Below are positions 39,859 to 48,718 of a stretch of 64,000 nucleotides of DNA, piece after piece (within the stretch, counting starts at the first letter, position 1; each line of letters opens with the position of its first letter). The DNA comes from Candidatus Omnitrophota bacterium. GTDB lineage: Bacteria > Omnitrophota > Gorgyraeia > B26-G9. Both the position numbers and the translations under genes were made by a program. The notes beneath the pieces are model-generated. The model ran no database searches and was not told the DNA's origin. It worked only from the letters and a program-made list of their open reading frames with translations. The stretch is taken from positions 28,366-92,365 of the forward strand of contig JAZDHZ010000003.1 in NCBI GenBank assembly GCA_043805415.1, given 5' to 3'.

Positions 39859-40665
39859 ATGATTAAAGTTGGTGTTTGCGGCTGTGGAACAATCGGGTCG
39901 TATCTAATAAAGACAATGCTTAAAAGCTATAATAAGCAGATAAGCTTAGTGGGTGTAACGGAAATAAATCAAGATAATTTAATCCGGCTGAGCAGTTCTT
40001 TAAAAAAAAAGATAAGCAGCTTTTCATTAGAAGATTTGGTTAAAAAGAGCGACTTAATTATTGAGGCTGCGCAGGGAACTGTTGTGCCGGAACTTATTGG
40101 GTATGTGATAAAGTATAAAAAGCAGATTATGCTCATGAGTGTCGGCGGTCTGCTGATAAAAAAAGGATTATTAAAAAAAATCCAGGACAACAACATTAAA
40201 TTATATATCCCGAGTGGAGCGATTGCTGGTCTTGACGCGCTTAAAGCTGCAAGAATGGGTAAGATAAAGTCTGTTAAGCTTACAACCAGAAAACCTGTTG
40301 AAGGGCTTGTCGGTGCTCCTTACTTGATAAACAATAAAATCGACTTAAAATCCATTAAAAAAGATACGGTTGTATTCCAAGGCTCAGCGCTGCAAGCTGT
40401 GGCAAATTTTCCTAAAAATATAAATGTAGCGGCGATTTTAAGCATAGCTGGTATCGGCGCGACAAAAACAAGTGTTTGTATAGTTGCTAGTCCAAAAACA
40501 AAAAGAAATACACATACTATTGAAATTAAGGGAGATTTTGGTACAATATTAACTTGTACAGAGAATGTTCCTTCAAAGCTTAATCCTAAAACTAGCATGA
40601 TGGCAATACTATCCGCATGGGCTACGCTTGATGGTATTTTGAATAATGTAAAAATCGGAACGTAA
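39859..40665 (+). CDS. nadX: L-aspartate dehydrogenase
   Basis: MIKVGVCGCGTIG, IPSGAIAGLDAL, FPKNINVAAI and NPKTSMMAILS align with Thermotoga NadX motifs (FPSGAIGGLD, FPRNINVA, ENPKTSM). Confidence 0.75.
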   Translation: MIKVGVCGCGTIGSYLIKTMLKSYNKQISLVGVTEINQDNLIRLSSSLKKKISSFSLEDLVKKSDLIIEAAQGTVVPELIGYVIKYKKQIMLMSVGGLLIKKGLLKKIQDNNIKLYIPSGAIAGLDALKAARMGKIKSVKLTTRKPVEGLVGAPYLINNKIDLKSIKKDTVVFQGSALQAVANFPKNINVAAILSIAGIGATKTSVCIVASPKTKRNTHTIEIKGDFGTILTCTENVPSKLNPKTSMMAILSAWATLDGILNNVKIGT

Positions 40666-40708
40666 ATTCCGAAGAAATGATACAAGATCATCTTTTCCTT
40701 TTTAGTGT

Positions 40709-40936
40709 TTGTGTTTGACGATAGGAGTAAAGGAGATAATTGTGGATTGCAAAAATTTCTCAAAGAATATGAAGATTTGCAATTGTAGTTACAATCCTTG
40801 TTCACGCAAAGGCATGTGTTGCGAATGTCTGCACTATCATCGTCAAATGGGGCAATTGCCCGCGTGTTTTTTTAAAGAAGACGACGAGCGAACATACGAC
40901 CGTTCTATAGAGAGATTCATTCGATCAAGACAATGA
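40709..40936 (+). CDS. Small Cys-rich hypothetical protein (CxC..C..CCxC motif; alternative start 40769)
   Basis: [24 protein letters not shown]: seven Cys in 20 residues. No homolog recognised. Confidence 0.35.
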   Translation: MCLTIGVKEIIVDCKNFSKNMKICNCSYNPCSRKGMCCECLHYHRQMGQLPACFFKEDDERTYDRSIERFIRSRQ

Positions 40937-40979
40937 TGAAGGTCGTGTATAAATTTAAAGCGAGGAGGGAGGTGAAATT

Positions 40980-41213
40980 ATGGCAGATAAGGTAGCAAAA
41001 GCTGGTATCGTAAGAGAAAAAGGATATCTCTACTATCTAGACAAACAGGGTGATGTTTCACGTGCAAAAATGGCTAGAGGTGGGAAAAAAGGCGGAAAGC
41101 CTGGCAAAGTTACTAAATTAGGAATAACGAGAGAGGAAGGTTTTCTCTATTTTATTGATAAAGAGGGAGACGTTTCTCGCGCTAAAATGGCAAGACGCAA
41201 AAAGAAAAAATAA
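40980..41213 (+). CDS. Small basic protein made of two ~33-aa tandem repeats (GIxREKGYLYYLDKQGDVSRAKMAR)
   Basis: Internal duplication visible by eye. Good SD (GGAGGGAGG) upstream. Confidence 0.45.
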   Translation: MADKVAKAGIVREKGYLYYLDKQGDVSRAKMARGGKKGGKPGKVTKLGITREEGFLYFIDKEGDVSRAKMARRKKKK

Positions 41214-41401
41214 TAAAGTGTATATGCTATAAATACTTATTGGCCCCTGTGAAGGTGACTTTACGGGGGCTCAATAGTCATTATAAATAAATAATAAAAA
41301 CGGATAAAATAAAGTATCTTAGCCGGTAGACTAGGATAAAGCTCTACTGATAATAATAGATAGCTTAAAATGATTACAATTTAGAAAAAAGAACATGCTT
41401 T

Positions 41402-41725
41402 ATGAAAGGAGCAATAACAATGGAAGAAGAAAAAAAACAAGAAGAAGTAAAAGCTGAGGAAATACAGGAAAATGAGCAAGAATCTACCTCTGAGGTAAAA
41501 GAAGAATCTAAGCAAGCACAACCTAAAGATAAAAAGCCGCCAAAGGTAGAAATTCCTAAAAGCTGCGGATCTTGCAAGAAGCCGGTAGCGAAAACGCGTT
41601 ATTATCGCAATATGCAGTTTTTCTGCAATACAAAATGCTGGAAAGATTTTAAGAAAAAAGAAGCGCAGATTAAGCTTAAGGCAGCAGAAGAAAAAAAACA
41701 GCAAGAACAAGCACCTGCTGCTTAA
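41402..41725 (+). CDS. K/E-rich protein with C-terminal TRASH/L24e-like zinc ribbon (CGSC-x16-FCNTKCW)
   Basis: The CxxC...FCxxKCxxxF spacing resembles TRASH/ribosomal L24e zinc ribbons. The N-terminal half is low-complexity and acidic/basic. Confidence 0.4.
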   Translation: MKGAITMEEEKKQEEVKAEEIQENEQESTSEVKEESKQAQPKDKKPPKVEIPKSCGSCKKPVAKTRYYRNMQFFCNTKCWKDFKKKEAQIKLKAAEEKKQQEQAPAA

Positions 41726-41748
41726 ATATAGAACTGAATTATTAGTTT

Positions 41749-42810
41749 ATGATTAATCTTGCTATTTTAGTATTGCTTTTAGTTTTATGTGTTTTTGTGG
41801 TAGTGATTAGTTTTAAAAACCAGAAAAAAACACAGCCTGATGCTTTAGGGCTCATGCAGCAACAGCTTGAGAGTTTGCGTGGACAGGTAAATGAGTCAAT
41901 GCGGGATATGACTGGCAATATCGATCAAAAATTGCAGGCAATAACTCAGCAGTTATTTGTTTCTCAGCAAAGTGTCGGTGAGCGTCTTGATTCCGCGTCA
42001 CAGGTTTTTGGACAAGTGCAAAAAGATTTAGGTTTGCTTTCCGCAGCTACAGAACGTGTTTTTGAAGTGGGTAAAGATATTGCCAGCCTGCAAGAAATAT
42101 TAAAAGCTCCTAAAATAAGAGGTGGTTTAGGTGAATTATTTTTAGGGGATCTTTTAAGTCAGGTCTTGCCGGCATCGTGTGTAAAACAACAGTATAAGTT
42201 TAAAAACGGTGATATTGTTGATGCAGTTTTAACTCTTGGCCAAGGCATGGTTAGTATTGATTCTAAGTTTCCGCTGGAGAATTTTAAACGTTTGATAAAT
42301 GGTACAAATGAAGAGGAAAAACGTCTGGCACGCAAAACTTTTATCAATGATGTTAAAAAACATGTTGATAGTATAGCGAGTAAATATATTCTTCCAGATG
42401 AAGGAACTTTTGATTTTGCTTTAATGTATATTCCGGCAGAAAATGTTTATTATGAACTTATTATCAAAGATACTGATGATGATAAGAATTCTCTAAGTAC
42501 TTATGCTTTAAATAAAAAAGTTATTCCAGTCAGCCCCAATTCTTTTTATGCTTATTTGCAATCAATTCTCCTCGGGCTAAAGGGCTTAAGAGTTGAAAAA
42601 AACGCACAGCAGATCATGCAATATCTCGAACGCTTAAGAGGTGATCTGGGGCGGTTTAAGCAGGATTTTGAGGTCTTGGGTCGGCATATAGTGAATCTGA
42701 AAAATAAGTATGATGAGGCGGATAAAAGGATTAATACCTTTGAAGGTAAATTATTAATGGTTTGTCAGGTTGACCAGGAAAGTAATATATTAGACAATGC
42801 TGCAGAATAA
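41749..42810 (+). CDS. rmuC: DNA recombination protein RmuC family
   Basis: N-terminal TM, coiled coil, and IRGGLGELFLGDLLSQVLPAS...GDIVDAVLTLGQGMVSIDSKFPLENF matching the RmuC RGxWGExxL...PDxxxxLPxGxxxxIDAK core. Confidence 0.7.
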   Translation: MINLAILVLLLVLCVFVVVISFKNQKKTQPDALGLMQQQLESLRGQVNESMRDMTGNIDQKLQAITQQLFVSQQSVGERLDSASQVFGQVQKDLGLLSAATERVFEVGKDIASLQEILKAPKIRGGLGELFLGDLLSQVLPASCVKQQYKFKNGDIVDAVLTLGQGMVSIDSKFPLENFKRLINGTNEEEKRLARKTFINDVKKHVDSIASKYILPDEGTFDFALMYIPAENVYYELIIKDTDDDKNSLSTYALNKKVIPVSPNSFYAYLQSILLGLKGLRVEKNAQQIMQYLERLRGDLGRFKQDFEVLGRHIVNLKNKYDEADKRINTFEGKLLMVCQVDQESNILDNAAE

Positions 42811-43354
42811 CGATAAAAAAGCTGATAATCGAAAACATCCGAGGTTTATTCTTGTTCTTCCTTTACAAATTAGTACGGAAGATTTTACGCTTAATACAAC
42901 CTCGAAGAATATTAGCTGTGCCGGAGTTTTTTGTTATATTGATAGGTTTATTCCGATTAATACAAGTGTAAATGTCAGTATGAAACTGTATTATCTTGTT
43001 GATGGTCAAAAAGTGCAAAGAACAGTTAAATGCAACGCGAAAGTAGTGAGAATTGATTCGTCAGAAAACAGGGAGAGTGGGACTTGTCGGGTGGGTATTG
43101 CTTTTGATCAAATCGCAGGGGAAGACCGCGAAATACTTATAAAATATATACAAAAAAAGAATCTAAAAGAAGCTAAAGAATTAAAGAAATTATATTTAAG
43201 ATTAAAGGAAATGGCAGCACGACTTGTAGAGGTAGAAGAATGCCATCCTACGGCTGAACATTTCCGTAAGGTTATTAATACGGCGATCATTGAGCTTGAC
43301 GCGGCAGCACATATTTTAGATTACGAAATTAATGAGCTTAAAACTTTGGAATGA
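42797..43354 (+). CDS. PilZ-domain protein (paralog 1 of 3) with conserved C-terminal HPTAEHF helix
   Basis: RKHPR (RxxxR) followed ~24 aa later by NISCAG (D/NxSxxG), which is the c-di-GMP-binding PilZ signature. Confidence 0.6.
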   Translation: MLQNNDKKADNRKHPRFILVLPLQISTEDFTLNTTSKNISCAGVFCYIDRFIPINTSVNVSMKLYYLVDGQKVQRTVKCNAKVVRIDSSENRESGTCRVGIAFDQIAGEDREILIKYIQKKNLKEAKELKKLYLRLKEMAARLVEVEECHPTAEHFRKVINTAIIELDAAAHILDYEINELKTLE

Positions 43355-43910
43355 TATGAAAAAAGATTGCATTATTAAAAATAAAAGAATATATAATCGG
43401 TTTAAAGTAAATTTTCCCTTTGAAGTTATGGGCGATAACTTTTGTTTTAAAACAGAAATGAAAGATATTAGCTGTAGCGGGTTATTCTGTAGGAGCGAGC
43501 ATTATATAGCGCCTAAGACAAGATTAAAAGTGGTTTTAAATATTCCTCTTTGTAGGAATCAAAAAATAGAGAAAAAAATGTTTACCAGTTGGGGAAACGT
43601 AGTGCGGATTGATCCCCAAATGCAGAGTGCGGGAGCGGATTATAATCTGGGCATTGCCTTTAGCGGAATTTCTGAGACAGAAAAAGATCTTATTTTGAGC
43701 TTTATCCGGCAAAGGAATGTTAAAGAAGCGGAAGAGTTGCGGGATATGTATTATGAGCTTAAAAGAACAATTTCTGAGCTTGAAACATTAGAAGAATCGC
43801 ATCCGACCGCGGAGCATTTTTGTAAGGTTATTACTCAAGCAATTATGGAGCTTGATGGAGTGGCAAATAGTTTAGATCAGGAAATAACTGAAATTAAAAA
43901 AGCAAGTTAA
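43332..43910 (+). CDS. PilZ-domain protein (paralog 2 of 3) with conserved C-terminal HPTAEHF helix
   Basis: RIYNR followed by DISCSG. The C-terminal EESHPTAEHFCKVITQAIMELD is nearly identical in pattern to paralog 1. Confidence 0.6.
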   Translation: MSLKLWNDMKKDCIIKNKRIYNRFKVNFPFEVMGDNFCFKTEMKDISCSGLFCRSEHYIAPKTRLKVVLNIPLCRNQKIEKKMFTSWGNVVRIDPQMQSAGADYNLGIAFSGISETEKDLILSFIRQRNVKEAEELRDMYYELKRTISELETLEESHPTAEHFCKVITQAIMELDGVANSLDQEITEIKKAS

Positions 43911-43922
43911 AAAAGGTGAATA

Positions 43923-44306
43923 ATGTCTAGAGAAAATAGTCATTCGGAAAGAAGAACGGATAAGCGTTTTGATGTTCAATTGCCAATTAAAATTGGCGGA
44001 TCTGATTTTGAGATTGCTACTGATACAAAGAATATAAGTTCAACGGGAATTTATTGTCAAGTCGATCGGTTTCTACCCGTCATGACTAGGCTGTGCTTAA
44101 AAATGTCAATACCTTTAATCGAAAATAATCGAAAAGTAGAAAAAAATATTGATTGTAAAGCCGTGGTTGTAAGAATCAGGCCAGAATCTAGGCTGGAACA
44201 TATAAATAGTTATCAGCTTGGTCTTTTCTTTACAGATATTAAAAGTCAAGACAGAGAATTAATCAGTCGATATCTGCAGCATGCTTTTTTTGCTGGTAAC
44301 AATTAA
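43923..44306 (+). CDS. PilZ-domain protein (paralog 3 of 3, short)
   Basis: RRTDKR followed by NISSTG. Lacks the C-terminal extension of paralogs 1 and 2. Confidence 0.55.
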   Translation: MSRENSHSERRTDKRFDVQLPIKIGGSDFEIATDTKNISSTGIYCQVDRFLPVMTRLCLKMSIPLIENNRKVEKNIDCKAVVVRIRPESRLEHINSYQLGLFFTDIKSQDRELISRYLQHAFFAGNN

Positions 44307-44436
44307 AAACAGCATATAGCGATTAGCGGTTAGGAAAAGCAGAAGACAGAGAACAGAAAATGGAAAAAGCAAAAAAAGACTTGGTTGATAGTCAATGGTT
44401 TGGCAAAAATTCTCTAAAAAAATAGGGAGAAGAATT

Positions 44437-44913
44437 ATGGCAAATGCACTGATCGCTTATTATTCCCGTACTGGAAATACAAAAAAAATGGCTGAGATTA
44501 TCAGTGAAATTTTTAAAAAAGAGGGGCTAATAGTTGATATTAAAAGTGTTGAAGATACGGAAGCTGATGAATTAATAAATTATGATGTTTTAGTTTTTGG
44601 TTCTCCGACTTATTATGGTTCAATGGCTTATCAGCTTAAGCAATTAATCGATGCAAGCGTTAAGCTGCATGGCAAGCTGCAAGGTAAAATAGGGGCAGCT
44701 TTCTCTAGTGCCGGGAATGTAGCCGGCGGTAATGAAACAACAATTTTAGGAATTATCAATTCTTTTTTAATTCACGGGATGATTGTGCAAGGGGATTCAC
44801 GCGGTGATCATTATGGGCCGGTATCATTGGGGGCTCCTGATGCGCGGGCGATAAAAGAATGTCAGCGATTTGCTAAGAGGATTGCTGGTTTAGCTAAAAA
44901 GCTCTTTGATTAA
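44437..44913 (+). CDS. Flavodoxin-like fold FMN-dependent protein (WrbA/flavodoxin family)
   Basis: ALIAYYSRTGNTKKMAE and VLVFGSPTYYGS are flavodoxin phosphate-loop and FMN-binding signatures. Confidence 0.6.
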   Translation: MANALIAYYSRTGNTKKMAEIISEIFKKEGLIVDIKSVEDTEADELINYDVLVFGSPTYYGSMAYQLKQLIDASVKLHGKLQGKIGAAFSSAGNVAGGNETTILGIINSFLIHGMIVQGDSRGDHYGPVSLGAPDARAIKECQRFAKRIAGLAKKLFD

Positions 44914-45031
44914 TTAAATTGAGAAAACAGAAAACCGATGACAGAAAACAGAAAAAATAGTTAGATTATTTCTGAAAGTTTTAATCCTTAGCCTGTTGTC
45001 TGTGTTCTGACTTCTGTATTCTGGTTTTAGC

Positions 45032-45107
45032 GCGCCTGTGGCTCAACGGATAGAGCATTTGGCTTCGGACCAAAGGGTTGGAGGTTCGAGTCCTCCCAGG
45101 CGCACCA
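45032..45107 (+). tRNA. tRNA-Arg (anticodon TCG), CCA encoded
   Basis: Manually folded cloverleaf: acceptor GCGCCTG/CAGGCGC, D stem GCTC/GAGC, anticodon stem TTTGG/CCAAA with loop CTTCGGA, T arm GGAGG-TTCGAGT-CCTCC, then ACCA. Confidence 0.6.
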
Positions 45108-45127
45108 AAATAAGCGAAATTGAGCTA

Positions 45128-45156
45128 TTGACCTGCGGTATATTTTTTGTTATAAT
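45128..45156 (+). promoter_or_regulatory. Sigma70 promoter (TTGACC-17-TATAAT) upstream of tRNA-Lys/Leu/Gly
   Basis: Hexamers at 45128-45133 and 45151-45156. Confidence 0.5.
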
Positions 45157-45183
45157 TTATTTTCTTAGGTAAATATATATTTC

Positions 45184-45259
45184 GGGCCGTTAGCTCAGCT
45201 GGTAGAGCAGGACACTCTTAATGTCAAGGTCGAAGGTTCGAGCCCTTCACGGCCCACCA
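45184..45259 (+). tRNA. tRNA-Lys (anticodon CTT), CCA encoded
   Basis: GGGCCGT acceptor, anticodon loop CTCTTAA, T arm GAAGG-TTCGAGC-CCTTC, ACGGCCC-A-CCA. Confidence 0.7.
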
Positions 45260-45365
45260 ATATTTTGTTTTTAAGATAAAAAGTTAAGGTGATTCAAGAA
45301 TTAATGAATTCAGTGCGGATTTATCCAGAATAGTCTTATGTGTATGTGAACATTGAAAAGTATTT

Positions 45366-45449
45366 GCGGACGTGGCGGAATTGGCATACGCGTACGGCTT
45401 AGGACCGTATCCTTCTGGGATGAGAGTTCAAGTCTCTCCGTCCGCACCA
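45366..45449 (+). tRNA. tRNA-Leu (anticodon TAG), long variable arm, CCA encoded
   Basis: GCGGACG acceptor, anticodon loop CTTAGGA, 14-nt variable arm, T arm GAGAG-TTCAAGT-CTCTC. Confidence 0.7.
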
Positions 45450-45468
45450 TAAAAGTTAAGATTTAAAA

Positions 45469-45543
45469 GCGGTGGTAATTCAGTGGTAGAATGTCTCCTT
45501 GCCAAGGAGAATGTCGTGGGTTCGAGCCCCATCCACCGCTCCA
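45469..45543 (+). tRNA. tRNA-Gly (anticodon GCC), CCA encoded
   Basis: GCGGTGG acceptor, anticodon stem TCTCC/GGAGA with loop TTGCCAA, T loop TTCGAGC, CCACCGC-T-CCA. Confidence 0.7.
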
Positions 45544-45632
45544 TTCTTTACCTCGGATTGTTGGGTGACTTTCTGAAATGGGCATATTTATTATTGCCTG
45601 CCGATGTGAAATGTTAAAAGGAGATAGTAAGA

Positions 45633-46910
45633 GTGAAAATTAAGATTAAAAATTCGCAAACGTGTCAAAAAACTTTAGAGATTGAAGTTCCCAAAGAAAC
45701 TGTAAACGAAGAATTCGAACGTTACTATAAATCAATAAGTAGCGCCGCGCAAGTGCCCGGGTTTAGAAAAGGTAAGGCACCCAGAGCTTTGCTTGAAGAA
45801 CATTTTGCTGATAAGGCAAGTGATAAAGTTCTTACTAATTTACTTAATGATACATATCACAAAGCAATTGAAAAAGAGAACATTAAGCCGGTTAGTATGC
45901 CAGAAATCTCAGAGGTTAAGTTTAAAAAAGACGAGAATCTGACGTATCAAGCAAAAATTGATATTCAGCCGAGCTTTACGCTAAAAGAATATAAGAATAT
46001 CCCAGTAAAAAAGCAAACAGAAGAAGTTAAAGACGAAGATGTGGTTAAAGTGCTTGAATATCTCAGTGAACGGTATGCTCAATATTTACCGATTGAAGAT
46101 CGCCAAGTAAAAATTGGTGACTATATAATTTGTGATTATAGTTATCGTGTTGGAGATAAAGAGCTTGATAAAAAAGAACATGCTTGGCTTTGGATAAGCA
46201 AGGAAATGTTCATCCCCGATCTTTCAAAAAAAATTGAGGGAGCCCGGATTAATGAAGAAAAAACTTTTGAAATAAGTCTGCCGAAAAAATTCAAACCAGA
46301 AGAATTTGCCGGGAAACAAGCTGATTTTAAATTATTAGTTAAAGAAATTAAAGAAAAGAAACTTCCGGAGCTTAATGATGAGTTTGCCGTAATGTTGAAA
46401 GCGGAATCAATTGATAAATTAAAAGCTCAAATAAAAGAAGATCTTGTTCAAGAGAAAAAAATGCTGTCAAAACAGGATTTAAAGGCACAGATAATTAATC
46501 ATTTAGAGAAAATCATGCCAATTGATGTGCCTCCGACTTTAGTGGAAAAAAGGGAAAAACTTCTGCGGGATACTGCTGCTCAGAGAATGAAACAACAAGG
46601 ATTGAATGATGATCAGATTGAAAAAGAGCAGAAGAAAATGGGAGATATGTTTTCTAAAGAAGCAATGAAACAGGTTAGAGTATTTTTTGTCCTAGAAAAT
46701 ATTGCTTTGGCCGAAAAAATTAAAGTTGAGCAAAAAGAGTTCGACGATCGTATCGGCGAAATCGCGGCTTCTTATAATCAGAAAAAAGAAGAAGTTATGA
46801 AATACTTAACAGAGAAAAATCTCTTGGAAAATATCCATTGGGAAGTTTGGGAAGAAAAAATAATCGCGTATCTTTTGGATAATGCTAAAGTATCAGAAGC
46901 CTCAAAATAA
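45633..46910 (+). CDS. tig: Trigger factor (GTG start)
   Basis: N-terminal ribosome-binding signature GFRKGKAP. Length 425 aa. Followed by clpP. Confidence 0.85.
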   Translation: MKIKIKNSQTCQKTLEIEVPKETVNEEFERYYKSISSAAQVPGFRKGKAPRALLEEHFADKASDKVLTNLLNDTYHKAIEKENIKPVSMPEISEVKFKKDENLTYQAKIDIQPSFTLKEYKNIPVKKQTEEVKDEDVVKVLEYLSERYAQYLPIEDRQVKIGDYIICDYSYRVGDKELDKKEHAWLWISKEMFIPDLSKKIEGARINEEKTFEISLPKKFKPEEFAGKQADFKLLVKEIKEKKLPELNDEFAVMLKAESIDKLKAQIKEDLVQEKKMLSKQDLKAQIINHLEKIMPIDVPPTLVEKREKLLRDTAAQRMKQQGLNDDQIEKEQKKMGDMFSKEAMKQVRVFFVLENIALAEKIKVEQKEFDDRIGEIAASYNQKKEEVMKYLTEKNLLENIHWEVWEEKIIAYLLDNAKVSEASK

Positions 46911-46941
46911 ACAATGCTAAGTATTTCTATAGGGAGGGAAG

Positions 46942-47550
46942 ATGAAAGAAAATAATCAGATGTTAGTACCCATGGTTGTGGAACAGACTAATAGGGGAGA
47001 ACGCGCATTTGATATTTATTCGCGCTTGCTTAAAGATAGAATAATTTTTATTGGCACCGCGATTGATGATTCAGTTGCTAATTTAGTTATTGCTCAGCTG
47101 CTGTTTTTGCAGATGGATGAGGCTAAAAAAGATATACATGTTTATATAAATTCACCAGGAGGAGTAGTTACTGCCGGACTTGCCATATATGATACTATGC
47201 AGTTTGTGCACTGTGATGTGAACACTTATTGCATGGGCCAGGCCGCAAGCATGGGCGCAGTACTTCTCGCTGCTGGCACAAAGGGCAAAAGATTCGCGCT
47301 TCCCAATGCCAGGGTCATGATTCACCAGCCATGGGGCGGAACACAGGGGACTGCATCTGATATCCATATCCAAGCTCAGGAAATTTTAAAAATGAAAGAC
47401 AATTTAAATAAAATCTTGAGTCATCATACCGGACAACCAATTGAAAAAATCGCTAATGATACTGATCGCGATTATTTTATGAACGCGCAAGAATCCGCGG
47501 ACTATGGATTAGTGGATTCAGTTATTTCCACAGATAAGGTAAAAAAATAA
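46942..47550 (+). CDS. clpP: ATP-dependent Clp protease proteolytic subunit
   Basis: Catalytic triad contexts GQAASMGA (Ser), MIHQP (His) and the RDYFM region (Asp). Confidence 0.9.
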   Translation: MKENNQMLVPMVVEQTNRGERAFDIYSRLLKDRIIFIGTAIDDSVANLVIAQLLFLQMDEAKKDIHVYINSPGGVVTAGLAIYDTMQFVHCDVNTYCMGQAASMGAVLLAAGTKGKRFALPNARVMIHQPWGGTQGTASDIHIQAQEILKMKDNLNKILSHHTGQPIEKIANDTDRDYFMNAQESADYGLVDSVISTDKVKK

Positions 47551-47576
47551 ATAACAATTATCGAAAGGGAATTAAA

Positions 47577-48710
47577 ATGAGAAAAAACCATTTATTAACT
47601 CCAGGCCCAACACAAGTTCCACCGGAAGTGCTGCTTTCCATGTCAAAACCGATAATTCATCATCGTACTCCTGAGTTTATGGCTATTTTTAAAGAACTCA
47701 ATGAAAATCTTAAATATGTTTTCCAAACTAAAAACGATGTGTTTACCTTTACTTCTTCCGGAACCGGAGCAATGGAGGCAGCTGTAGCGAATTTACTTAG
47801 TGCTGGGGACACAGCGATTTGTATCCAAGCAGGTAAATTTGGAGAGCGTTGGACTGAAATATGTAAAGCTTATGGTGTTAAACCAGTTGTTATTGATGTT
47901 GAATGGGGATATGCTGTTGACCCTGTAGCAGTCAAAAAAGCGCTTAATGAAAATAAAGAGGCAAAAGTTGTATTTACCACTCAATGTGAAACTTCAACTG
48001 GTGTTTTAACTGATATTAAAGCAATTGCTGAAATTACTAAAAATACGGATGTGGTAATCGTGACTGATGCAATAAGCGCATTAGGCGGAGTTGAACTTAA
48101 GACTGATGAATGGGGCATTGATGTTGTTGTTTGCGGATCGCAAAAAAGTTTAATGATTCCTCCGGGGCTGGCTTTTTGTTCTGTTAGTAAAAAGGCATGG
48201 AAATTAGTTGAAACGTCAAAATCACCGCGTTATTATTTTGATATGCGCGCGGCAAAAAAAGCTTTAGATAAAAACGATACGGCATATACTCCAGCAGTAA
48301 CATTATGTATTGGTTTAAATGAAGCATTAAAGATGATCAAAGCCGAAACTTTGGAAAAAGCAATTGCTCGCCAGAGTAAATTAGCAGCGGCTATTCGCAG
48401 CGCGGTAAAAGCGTTAGGGCTAAAAGTATATGCTAAAAATCCAGCTGATGTTGTTACTTCAATTTCTTTACCTGAAACAATTAATGGCGAGGCATTGGTC
48501 AAGACAATGCGTGAAGTTTATGGTGTGGGAATTGCTGGGGGACAGGAGCATTTAAAAGGTAAAATTATCCGCATAGCTTCAATGGGATATATGAATGAAT
48601 TTGATGTAATTGTTGGGATTAGTTGCTTAGAAATCGTGCTTAAAAAAATGGGTTATAAATTCGAAGCAGGCATTGGTGTCGGTGCCGCGGAAAATGAACT
48701 TTTAAAGTAG
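47577..48710 (+). CDS. serC: Class V (AGT-type) aminotransferase, probable phosphoserine aminotransferase
   Basis: LLTPGPTQVPPEVL...HHRTPEF is the N-terminal signature of the AGT/SerC family. Lies directly upstream of serA. Confidence 0.55.
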   Translation: MRKNHLLTPGPTQVPPEVLLSMSKPIIHHRTPEFMAIFKELNENLKYVFQTKNDVFTFTSSGTGAMEAAVANLLSAGDTAICIQAGKFGERWTEICKAYGVKPVVIDVEWGYAVDPVAVKKALNENKEAKVVFTTQCETSTGVLTDIKAIAEITKNTDVVIVTDAISALGGVELKTDEWGIDVVVCGSQKSLMIPPGLAFCSVSKKAWKLVETSKSPRYYFDMRAAKKALDKNDTAYTPAVTLCIGLNEALKMIKAETLEKAIARQSKLAAAIRSAVKALGLKVYAKNPADVVTSISLPETINGEALVKTMREVYGVGIAGGQEHLKGKIIRIASMGYMNEFDVIVGISCLEIVLKKMGYKFEAGIGVGAAENELLK

Positions 48711-48718
48711 GAGCAATA

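Noticed and set aside
41242-41272. GCCCC..GGGGC hairpin after the tandem-repeat protein as an intrinsic terminator
   Set aside because: The 5-bp stem has a 17-nt loop and no downstream U-tract, which is too weak to call.
45032-45543. tRNA cluster as a possible integration hotspot or genomic island boundary
   Set aside because: No integrase, direct-repeat duplication of a tRNA 3' end, or phage or IS genes were found on either side. The flanks are housekeeping genes (flavodoxin, tig-clpP).
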